A DNA stretch of 64,000 nt from a phage, in the sequence record PX441839.1. One strand, written 5' to 3'. Each line of letters starts with the position of its first letter. Within the stretch, counting starts at the first letter, position 1. The position numbers and the translations under genes are program-made. This document shows positions 44,229 to 52,532 of the stretch, piece after piece. The notes under the pieces are model-generated. The model was not told where the DNA came from. It was given only the letters and a program-made list of their open reading frames with translations, and did not search any database.

Positions 44229-44998
44229 CAAAGTTTAGCAGGTTCGTTAATCCTGCCCACACCATTACGTGTTGCCATACGGTTTCCCGTAGGATCGGAC
44301 TATATCACCACCCTTTTCAGGGTGCTCCCCATTTCGACGCCACTTGGTCGCCTACGCCTCTCGGCTAGTCTCTGAACGTTAAGACCACGTATACTTCTCG
44401 GAAATATGCTTCCACTGCCGACGCTGCTTAATGGCTCGTACTGTTGCATAGGGGAATCCCATGTCGCGTACCTCTGCCTGGCTCATTCCGCTTTCAAGAA
44501 GCTGGCAAATGGTCATCACTTCGTCTTCTGTGAGGGCACTATTAGCATTGTTGATACCTTCCGCGCTGCGACAGTTGTGGCGATAGGCGTTCTCTATGTT
44601 TTTGCCTCTCGTAACCCACTGTAGGTTGTCTTTGTGGTTATTCCTTTTATCGGGCCACTTGTGATCAACCTCTGGAAGATTGTTCGGATTGGGAACAAAA
44701 CATTCTGCCACCAAAACATGGACCGCCTTTGTCGTCGCCTTTTTGTTAAGGTAAAGACTGACAATTGCATACCCTCTTCCATTATCAACATGCTTCATAG
44801 GTTTACCTCGACGACCTATAATGGTCCCGTCCTCGTAAACTTTATATCCGAAATAGTCTTTGTACTCCACGTAGTCCTCTTCGCTGCTGATTAACATAGC
44901 TGCACTTTAGTTTATTATTAACCCAGTGTCAACCTTAGCCTTCCAGCAATTAAAGGAGTTTTCGATGTAGGTTGCCCTACAAAGCCACAATGTTACTT
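44229..44998 (-). mobile_element. group I-like intron in the DNA polymerase gene, carrying an HNH homing endonuclease ORF
   Basis: About 770 nt separate the exon 1 end (...VRRIIYYH) from exon 2 (DEYQLEVP), splitting motif C. It contains an HNH ORF and an 80-nt core conserved with the second intron. Boundaries approximate. Confidence 0.55.
44379..44897 (-). CDS. HNH homing endonuclease
   Basis: 172 aa; HVLVAECFVPNPNNLPEVDHKWPDKRNNHKDNLQWVTRGKN is an HNH-type motif; lies between the polymerase fragments. Confidence 0.75.
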   Translation of the reverse strand: MLISSEEDYVEYKDYFGYKVYEDGTIIGRRGKPMKHVDNGRGYAIVSLYLNKKATTKAVHVLVAECFVPNPNNLPEVDHKWPDKRNNHKDNLQWVTRGKNIENAYRHNCRSAEGINNANSALTEDEVMTICQLLESGMSQAEVRDMGFPYATVRAIKQRRQWKHISEKYTWS

Positions 44999-47326
44999 AT
45001 GGTAATAGATAATACGACGAACTCCCTCGTCATACCATCCCTTCTTGACCAGTTGCCAGTGAAGCAAGATTCCAACCAGGTCAAATAGTGCTGCACCACC
45101 ATTCTGCTGAAATGCGTTCAACAGGGAGTGCTTTGAACGAGTCCAAATCTTACGCCCATCCAAACCATAGATGAATCTTTTCCCTGTCGCTTCCCAGAAT
45201 TTCTCCAGCGCTTCTTTACGACCTTTTAATCCGATGTTGCTATCCCAGAATGCGTTGATTACATCCTGTGCCTTATCTACTGTGATTCCAAGCATGGATG
45301 CAATCTTGGGTGCCTGAGCGCCGTACATGATTCCATACGTGATACTCTTTCCCTCGCCACGAGAAACCTTCTTCCCCGCTGCCTTTGTGTATGCCTCTGC
45401 GTTTCGGGTGTGGGCGTCCCCCGACTCCATGATTTCAAGGTAAGCGCCACCATCGAACTCATACGCACCCCAAGCCGCAATCATACCTTCCAGGTTAGAA
45501 CCATCAATACCCACTTGGTACTTACCCTTTGGTGCTCGCCAAAGGGAACGCATCTCATAACCAAACAACACCTTCGGATCAGGCTTAGGCATGTTTGCGC
45601 AGATCGTGTGCTTACGACGCCCAGTGTTGGTAATCCCTGAGAACCTTGCTGGTAATCGACCATCAATCTTCAAGCGTGGGTGGTTAAGAAGTCCAGTATC
45701 AACCTTATCCTCTTTCAGTGGATCAAGGACAGATCGTCGGTTACGTGCAGATAACCACTGAACAATGCCTTTAGCCATCGCACCATCCACCTTTTCCAAG
45801 TTTGGGCACAATCCCTGCTGGTCTTTCAACTGAGGGCTTGTTGGCAATGCACGGGCCTTCTTACGGAAGAATTTGAACATCTTCTCCTTGTCTGCCCACT
45901 GCTTAGGGGTAATGTGCAAGTTCTTAAGGATAAGATCACGATATTCTGTCTGATCTAGTTGCTCAATATACTCCCGCACAATTGCATCAACTTCACCATC
46001 CGGACGTTGCTTTTTAAACTGGTCCTTTGTTGCATCCTTTGTACGCCAAATTGTTGGAATCCAACCCGCATCTCGGATGAGGAACTTCTTAACATCATCC
46101 TGGTTACCGATACGCATCGGAATCATTATATCTGGCATGGTCTTATTCTTCAAGTCCGCCAAAGCCCGTGCCATATCCTCTGGAGGTAGTGGCTCCAGTG
46201 TGGATTGTTTTTCGTTCTGACTACGAATGAACTGAGGCATTTGATCCTCATCTTCCACCCCGTGGTCATTACAGTATTTAATAGCCGCAGCCGTAAGTGA
46301 ACCATCTGCCTTAAATGCTTTAGCCGGAGGCCCCTTGAAATCAAGGGCTTCCCAATTAATATTGTATCCTAACTTCTCCAGCCATTTCCAACCTGTGCCG
46401 GACAATGTCCCGTCACCCTTGAAAGGTTTGGATGGGAAAGTTGGTTGTGCGGATTTAGCCATCTCTTTCTTCGGAAGCTGAGGCTCAACCTCTTCCTCAA
46501 TCTTCTTCATGAAGGCATCAACCGTATCGCGGAGTTTCAGCGCCGCCTCTATGTCAAAATCAACACCTTGGATTTCTTGCTCAATCATCAGGTAATCGGT
46601 AAGCATACCTCGACGAAGAGAGTCTTTCCAGTTGATCATTTTATATTTTGTTGGGACACGCTCATCTTTAAACATGAAGCGTTTATCATCTGGGTACGCA
46701 TCGCAGGTGATTTCCTTCATAAGGGCGTCCCACACCTTTTCGTTGATGATAACGTCCTCAATGATACGGTCACAATACTTCCACAACGGGAGTCCACGCC
46801 AATCATCAATGGCGACTTTCAGGTTGGCTACTCTCATACCCCATGCTTCCAGACCATGAGGGCCAACAGGTTTCATCTTTCCTGTGACAGGGTTTTTAAC
46901 CATTTCTGGGCAACCCTTCGGCAATGGGCGGTCAGGGTAGAGTGTACGAGACATAGACAAGGAGTCAAACAGGTTAACCTGTTTTCCATTGATCGTTCCC
47001 ATGCACTTAGGATCGGCAAACATATCGTATTGTGTACCGAACAGCTTCTTGAACAGACGTAAGTCATATCCAAACAAGTTGTGAATAACAATGCTACTAG
47101 GGACTTCTGTGAACCATCTATTAAGGTCAGAGAAGTTCATTACATGCAGATTGAATCCCTTCGCATTAACGAAGTTCAAAGCCTCTTGATAACCCTCTCG
47201 CGCTGGGTCCATGAAGAGATACCAGTTATCCTTTTTGTACTCCTTGAAGAGGATGCAGTGAGCATGTAAGTTCTCCTCGTCAAGTAAACCAGATGCTTCC
47301 GCATCACCTACCCATAAACCTTTCAT
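44999..47326 (-). CDS. DNA polymerase family A, exon 1 (3-5 exonuclease and polymerase domains through the start of motif C)
   Basis: Motif A-like DGSNLEGM (D.S..E), motif B-like KSITYGIMYGA (K...YG..YG), N-terminal exonuclease-like region; ORF ends abruptly at ...VRRIIYYH-K-stop inside motif C. Confidence 0.8.
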
Positions 47327-47371
47327 CTTGTTCTCCTTTTCTCATACCTTCTGGTAAGATAACCCATTCCC

Positions 47372-47401
47372 CATAAAAGATCAAGCCCAGCTTTCACTGG
47401 G
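47372..47401 (-). terminator. putative terminator after the 47410 gene
   Basis: Minus-strand GCCCAG-tgaaag-CTGGGC hairpin followed by a T-rich run. Confidence 0.4.
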
Positions 47402-47409
47402 CTTCTGTA

Positions 47410-47745
47410 TTAAGGTACAACCTGCATATGGTTAGAATCGCAACCATCGTACCAGTGGTCAAAGAAAATCTTCACTGTGTCATCCCAGGCGAAAACATTC
47501 GCACGTTTTAACTCCTCGTTGAACTCCTTAATAAGTTCATGTGGATTGAAGGATTCAAAAGAGAAATCATAGCTCTCTTCATCACGTTTGATAAAAAGAA
47601 TCATGTTCCCATCGTAGTTCAATTTCAGGTTCGATTCAATTTCTTCCAGCCACTCTTGCAGGTCGATATGCTCAGAATTTTCATAGCCACCTACCGGAAT
47701 AGCCATCTCTGCCATCACGCCGAAAGTTATACGTTGATTACTCAT
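47410..47745 (-). CDS. hypothetical protein
   Basis: 111-aa ORF. Confidence 0.45.
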   Translation of the reverse strand: MSNQRITFGVMAEMAIPVGGYENSEHIDLQEWLEEIESNLKLNYDGNMILFIKRDEESYDFSFESFNPHELIKEFNEELKRANVFAWDDTVKIFFDHWYDGCDSNHMQVVP

Positions 47746-48005
47746 TTCTTATTTCCTCCCCAAATTTCAAAAGATGGTTCCCAGCACAAAGAGATCTTAC
47801 AAGAATAGATCAGTTTGTTGTCCTCATCGTACAGTTCACAATTAACATCACCCTCCTTCCAACTTTCCCAACCATCGTGGTAATCTCGATAATCAGCAGC
47901 GGCCTGTTGAGCAATTGATTCCAGATCCCATTCATCCTCTAAGTCAAAAATGGTCATATCTGGAGCGAAGGTGTACTCGTAACCTTGAATAACATACTTA
48001 ATCAT
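47742..48005 (-). CDS. hypothetical protein
   Basis: 87-aa ORF, ATGA-type overlap. Confidence 0.45.
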   Translation of the reverse strand: MIKYVIQGYEYTFAPDMTIFDLEDEWDLESIAQQAAADYRDYHDGWESWKEGDVNCELYDEDNKLIYSCKISLCWEPSFEIWGGNKK

Positions 48006-48271
48006 TAATACTCTCCTCTCAGAAGGCCATCTTTGTCAGGGAAGGTGGCACCATCACCACCTTCAAACATTCCGTCCAGGTCTGCGATTACAAGAGCACC
48101 CTGCTCACCTGACTGAACAAACCGTAGAGATCCTGAATAAGAACCACCACCAAAAATTTGGATACCTAGGGCCTGAGCTTGTCGCCCGTAACGGGACAGA
48201 CCTTTTGCAATACGCTCAACTTCTTTTGGATCTAAACCTGCTGCTTCACACTCATCAACATTCGCGTACAT
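48005..48271 (-). CDS. hypothetical protein
   Basis: 88-aa ORF. Confidence 0.45.
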   Translation of the reverse strand: MYANVDECEAAGLDPKEVERIAKGLSRYGRQAQALGIQIFGGGSYSGSLRFVQSGEQGALVIADLDGMFEGGDGATFPDKDGLLRGEY

Positions 48272-48639
48272 TATTTCTCCAGATATTCCAAGCGAGGGTA
48301 TTTTTTACCTGCGTAGGTTTCGACATTACCACACTTGTTACAGGTATGTGGGTACTTTATCGGGCTGGACAGAAGTGCATCTCCACGAGACTCCATTTCC
48401 CCACCGCATTCGCAATACATGTGGATAAAGTAAGGTTTTGCCTCTACTCGCCGTTCACCCTTTGTCGGCTTAGGATCTGTGGCCCTCATGTTCCATTGTT
48501 CTTGGAGATAATCAAATCCGTGTTCTGTTCTTTTCTGACAGCCGCAGTTCCCACATTCGGCAACGTACCGATCAGAGTACCTTTTCTCCTCATATGTGTA
48601 TGCTTCACTCCCGCAGAACGGACAAGGTTTAAAGTTCAT
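48271..48639 (-). CDS. Lar-family-like zinc-ribbon protein (possible restriction alleviation)
   Basis: N-terminal KPCPFCGSEA...CGNCGCQ...EQWNMR matches the Lar-family pattern recalled from the E. coli Rac prophage Lar; a second Cys cluster lies C-terminally. Confidence 0.5.
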   Translation of the reverse strand: MNFKPCPFCGSEAYTYEEKRYSDRYVAECGNCGCQKRTEHGFDYLQEQWNMRATDPKPTKGERRVEAKPYFIHMYCECGGEMESRGDALLSSPIKYPHTCNKCGNVETYAGKKYPRLEYLEK

Positions 48640-49081
48640 TATCGACCTCCAGACTTAACTCAACCATAGCTTTCTGCCCTGTTGCGCCATAATAAAAAAC
48701 TTGGAAACTGTCGAAAGTGTAATAAATATCCCACATATCAGGATCTGTAGGCCAGCACTCGATCAATTTACCGCTGTCCCATTCATCCCCTACCCACTCA
48801 TCATAACCCTCAACATTTTTGTAGTGCTTGCTCCCACTTTTCCCATTCGGGTATTCTGCCAAGCAACGTAAGAGGAAATTAACAAAACGTTTAAGGTCCT
48901 TTTCCCCTTCAAATACAAACACTTCATTTTTGTAACCGTCTGCATCACCAATCATCCAGCGAGCTTCAACCGTGTAGACATTGAAGTGTTCCAGAGGGAC
49001 AAGTCCGGTAATGTTAAGATCTTTGACCTTGTAGGTTTTTGTGTCTCGAAACTCTTGAGTTACAAACGTTTTCTTTATCAT
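48629..49081 (-). CDS. hypothetical protein
   Basis: 150-aa ORF. Confidence 0.45.
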   Translation of the reverse strand: MIKKTFVTQEFRDTKTYKVKDLNITGLVPLEHFNVYTVEARWMIGDADGYKNEVFVFEGEKDLKRFVNFLLRCLAEYPNGKSGSKHYKNVEGYDEWVGDEWDSGKLIECWPTDPDMWDIYYTFDSFQVFYYGATGQKAMVELSLEVDNEL

Positions 49082-49090
49082 AGTGTTTCC

Positions 49091-49804
49091 TTATTGGTTG
49101 TGTAGGAAAACTGCCTTTGCCAAACCCCTTGGGGTAAGGGAGCGTATCAGTTTTGTACGTGCCGATTTACCACCTAACTTATTATGCTGCTCAGAATATC
49201 CCTGTGCGACACCGACAGGCGACTTCACTGGCATCTTGAACCCTTTCCCCGTCCAAAGGCATGTCTTCTTAGGATAAGCGTCACGAGCCTTAATGTACTC
49301 AGGGAAAAATGGATTCACATCATCCTCCGGTAAGTAACCACCATACTCATATGGGTGGAACTGGTAGTCAGATTTTCTCCATTTTGTTGCCAAAACACTT
49401 ACAGGGTTTTCTATCATGTAAGGGCAGTCGAAAACAAACTCTGCCAAGTATGCCGGAATTTTTGCAGTACGTACAGCATTTATTTGGAAAAATGGATCTT
49501 TTGCTGCTTTTCTTTTAAAGTGGGCTGCACCGCTCACCGCCATATCTGTGCAGGGAGGGAAGGCAAAGATAATATCTGGGTTTGGGATTCCCAAACTTTC
49601 AACATTCTCTGCCCACTCCATGTCAATCCACGCATCCACATACGTCACGTTCGGGTGATTAACTCTTACATTATCATACAATCCGTGGTCAGCCTCCTTA
49701 GCGTTGAAGCAGAAGCACAGGTGACCAGCTTTTGCCCAATCAAAGACCATTGCCCCAGATCCATCAAACAAAGACCAAACAACCTTTTTAGACATGCTTT
49801 TCAA
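49091..49804 (-). CDS. putative DNA (cytosine-5) methyltransferase-like protein
   Basis: Ordered motifs SLFDGSGA (motif I, F.G.G), FPPCTD (motif IV, PC) and IENPV (motif VI, ENV); short (237 aa) for a complete C5-MTase. Confidence 0.45.
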   Translation of the reverse strand: MKSMSKKVVWSLFDGSGAMVFDWAKAGHLCFCFNAKEADHGLYDNVRVNHPNVTYVDAWIDMEWAENVESLGIPNPDIIFAFPPCTDMAVSGAAHFKRKAAKDPFFQINAVRTAKIPAYLAEFVFDCPYMIENPVSVLATKWRKSDYQFHPYEYGGYLPEDDVNPFFPEYIKARDAYPKKTCLWTGKGFKMPVKSPVGVAQGYSEQHNKLGGKSARTKLIRSLTPRGLAKAVFLHNQ

Positions 49805-50165
49805 ACCCCAAGGTGGTTACCAATTGCTCGTAATCCCAAGTATCCAGGTATGCTTTCTCTCCATGTTTGGCAAAACCTCGCCACTTATTGGTTCGATACA
49901 GGAACCAAAGTTGTTTCGCAACATTCTTATCATCAACATACCCCAGCAGAAATGCCCAACGGTGGGTTGGAATGAGGCCAACAGCAATACGATTAAGTTC
50001 GTCCCATTGGTTTGTTTTCACATTAAAAACCCAAAGTCGTTTCCTGATCACCTCTTTACTTTTCAGGAGGTCACGTAAATGTTCTGCACGTTTAATCATT
50101 GTGTCGTGTACATTCGCGGCACGGATCAGTGTGTTTTTGTTAACTTCGATCAAGGTGTTACTCAT
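49788..50165 (-). CDS. hypothetical protein
   Basis: Start set at internal Met (MSNTLIEV). Confidence 0.45.
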   Translation of the reverse strand: MSNTLIEVNKNTLIRAANVHDTMIKRAEHLRDLLKSKEVIRKRLWVFNVKTNQWDELNRIAVGLIPTHRWAFLLGYVDDKNVAKQLWFLYRTNKWRGFAKHGEKAYLDTWDYEQLVTTLGFEKHV

Positions 50166-50406
50166 GTTCTTCCTCCTCCGCAATCTCACCAATGGCAACA
50201 AACTGATCATGGTCAAGAGATACCCATGCACCAAGGATTCCGTTGTGTACCCAGAAGGTGAACATGTCACCGCTTTCGTCTACGGCGCAGTAATTTACAC
50301 CATCTTCGTCCTCGTATTCATTAATTACTTCAAGGAAGGACCCTACCCGTAAGACATTACTTAACGTTACCTTTATTTTCACCTTTGCCTCCAAAATCAT
50401 GTTCAA
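50158..50406 (-). CDS. hypothetical protein
   Basis: 82-aa acidic ORF. Confidence 0.4.
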   Translation of the reverse strand: MNMILEAKVKIKVTLSNVLRVGSFLEVINEYEDEDGVNYCAVDESGDMFTFWVHNGILGAWVSLDHDQFVAIGEIAEEEEHE

Positions 50407-50415
50407 GTTTAATGA

Positions 50416-50673
50416 TTATACTATCTTGTCACCAATGATGCAAGGAACATACACAGACCCGCCATTACTGTTGGTAATCTTTACTTTTGGGGATGAGGTC
50501 ATCAAAATATCCTCCTCATCCACCCCAAACCAGTCTTCACCATATTCCAGTAAGGCATTCAGTGTGCGAATTACGTAGATAGCTTCCTCTGTACCACAAT
50601 CGTAGAGATCCTCTTCACTCTCTTGTCGTTCAATGGCAGTACGTTTGTCCAGTTTCACAAAATAACGGCTCAT
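50416..50673 (-). CDS. hypothetical protein
   Basis: 85-aa ORF. Confidence 0.4.
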   Translation of the reverse strand: MSRYFVKLDKRTAIERQESEEDLYDCGTEEAIYVIRTLNALLEYGEDWFGVDEEDILMTSSPKVKITNSNGGSVYVPCIIGDKIV

Positions 50674-50876
50674 TTCTTTTTCCTCTTTGATTCAACTTTT
50701 GGTTCCACTAGTCGGGCTTGGTAAGAATGAGGTGTGACGTACCGCCATGTTTTCTTTAAGTGTTCAACAAGTTCTTTCAGGTTTTCTTCGTCGGTGGCCC
50801 AACCCAAGGTTAGGGCAGGATCACCTACCGACATCTGGCACTTGACATACCAACGGGTAACTGTAGGATGTTTCAT
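50670..50876 (-). CDS. hypothetical protein
   Basis: 68-aa ORF, 4-nt overlap with neighbours. Confidence 0.4.
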   Translation of the reverse strand: MKHPTVTRWYVKCQMSVGDPALTLGWATDEENLKELVEHLKKTWRYVTPHSYQARLVEPKVESKRKKK

Positions 50877-51127
50877 TTCATTACCTCCAGAAAGGATTTA
50901 AACTCTTCAACATTCCGTTTGTGTACAATTTGGGGCCAGTTTTTAAGAATATCTCGAAACTTTACATAGCGTTCTCGGAATCCAACCACCCCTCCAATAC
51001 ATAACAGGGTTACCCCTTCAACACCGACAAAAGTTACAACTTCCACAATCTTGGAGTTATCATACCCACGATTAACAACGAGATCCCCGATCTCAAAGTC
51101 AACATTTTCATTTGATGAATAGTTCAT
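50873..51127 (-). CDS. hypothetical protein
   Basis: 84-aa ORF. Confidence 0.4.
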   Translation of the reverse strand: MNYSSNENVDFEIGDLVVNRGYDNSKIVEVVTFVGVEGVTLLCIGGVVGFRERYVKFRDILKNWPQIVHKRNVEEFKSFLEVMK

Positions 51128-51187
51128 TTTGTCCTCTCCTTATTTGATAGGGTAAGTATAAGTGAGATTTTGCCCCATGTCAAATGA

Positions 51188-51214
51188 AAAAAGGCCCCCG
51201 AAGGGACCTTTTAT
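51188..51214 (-). terminator. putative terminator after helicase exon 2
   Basis: AAAAAAGGCCCC-cgaa-GGGACCTTTT, imperfect stem with flanking A and T runs. Confidence 0.4.
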
Positions 51215-51700
51215 TTAGAAAGGTGGTTGGTCATCCCAATCACTGTCGTCTTCCACAACCTCAGGTGTGACTTTAGATTCTTCCGGTTTGGAATCCTCTT
51301 TAATCTCCATCTGCTGTGGTTCAATGTCATCTTCATCATCAGGGATATCGTCTTCCTTGAGATCAGATAGACCTTTCTCCGAGTTCTCTTGTGATAATGG
51401 CTGCATTTTACCAACAGCCTTCTCAACATAATGTTCAGAACTTGGATCATCTTCTGGATGAATCGCATACCACTCTCGAAGAGTTTCATATGGACTGTCC
51501 AAGAAGCCTTCTGGCGGTTCTAAGTAATCACCTGTGTCAATATCATAGAACACAGGGAACTTCCCGCTACGCCCGTGCTTACGGTCATCTAGAATTACAA
51601 ACCAAGAGGTATTTCGCTCTTTCATTGGCAACTCTGGATCTTTGTTACGCTCAATACCCACCATAAAATAAGTGTTCTTTTTGTCCAGTGGGTTCGCTAC
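51215..51700 (-). CDS. primase-helicase, exon 2 (helicase C-terminus with acidic tail)
   Basis: FMVGIERN ... GRSGKFPVFYDIDTGDYLE and acidic C-terminus ending DWDDQPPF resemble the T7 gp4 C-terminal region (from memory); exon start approximate. Confidence 0.55.
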   Translation of the reverse strand, partial: VANPLDKKNTYFMVGIERNKDPELPMKERNTSWFVILDDRKHGRSGKFPVFYDIDTGDYLEPPEGFLDSPYETLREWYAIHPEDDPSSEHYVEKAVGKMQPLSQENSEKGLSDLKEDDIPDDEDDIEPQQMEIKEDSKPEESKVTPEVVEDDSDWDDQPPF

Positions 51701-52532
51701 TCCCACCCGGTGCGATTCCTGGCACCCGCCTACACTTTCGTGCAGGAACAGACTATATCATCACCTTTCGGTGCTCTCCGCTTCGGGACCGCTTGGCCCT
51801 AACGCCTTTCGGCTAGTCGTTGAGGTTTTTGCACGTTCTGGGTACATCTTCCAAGAATACAAGTCCCCGACCTCTTTCCAATCCCTTCGGGAGCGGATAT
51901 TGAGGACTGCTGACCTTGTTACAGGTAATCCACTATTATCGACAATCTTCTGCGCTGACCAACCCTCAGAAAGAAGCCTACAAATTTTGTGAACCTCTGC
52001 CTCTGTGACTTTGGACCTGTAATGATCCTCTCCCCTCTTTGGAAGCTTATTGGCAATAGAGTGCTCAAGATTTTGCCTACCAGTGACCCATTCCAGGTCA
52101 TCTTTGTGGTTAAATTCCTTGCCTCTTTTATGATTAACTTCGGGTAAGTTCAGCGGGTTTGGAATATAAGTCTTAGCTACCAACCTGTGAACATACTCGG
52201 GCGTTCTCTTACCTTTAAGTATCACATTGACAAAATAATACCCTGTACTCTTGTTTCGAATGTTCTTCAAAAATTTATTTGTGAACAAACTAAATACCTT
52301 GCCATCTTCTGTTACAAGATATTTACTACCCTCTTCTATTGGTATCATGTTTCCCCCTTCTTTATTCTAACAAAAGGGTATAATACACAAAAGAATTTGA
52401 ATATGCAACTTACCTGCTGATTACCCAATCCTCTGTCTTTTCAAACATTCACGCCCACCCTTACGGGTCACGTTGTAGTGCCAGAGGCTCTAAGGGCTTC
52501 CCAGCAATTCAAAGAGTTTTACATGCGCTAAA
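51701..52532 (-). mobile_element. group I-like intron in the primase-helicase gene, carrying an HNH homing endonuclease ORF
   Basis: Separates helicase motif H4 (...GSRAMMR) from its continuation; contains an HNH ORF and a core segment homologous to 44300-44380. Confidence 0.55.
51761..52348 (-). CDS. HNH homing endonuclease
   Basis: HRLVAKTYIPNPLNLPEVNHKRGKEFNHKDDLEWVTGRQN, paralogous to the 44379 HNH; the C-terminal tail of the track ORF probably reads through intron RNA core. Confidence 0.65.
   Translation of the reverse strand: MIPIEEGSKYLVTEDGKVFSLFTNKFLKNIRNKSTGYYFVNVILKGKRTPEYVHRLVAKTYIPNPLNLPEVNHKRGKEFNHKDDLEWVTGRQNLEHSIANKLPKRGEDHYRSKVTEAEVHKICRLLSEGWSAQKIVDNSGLPVTRSAVLNIRSRRDWKEVGDLYSWKMYPERAKTSTTSRKALGPSGPEAESTER

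Noticed and set aside
51672-51992. 106-aa plus-strand ORF in the helicase intron region
   Set aside because: It overlaps the conserved intron core and the HNH gene on the other strand and is probably spurious.
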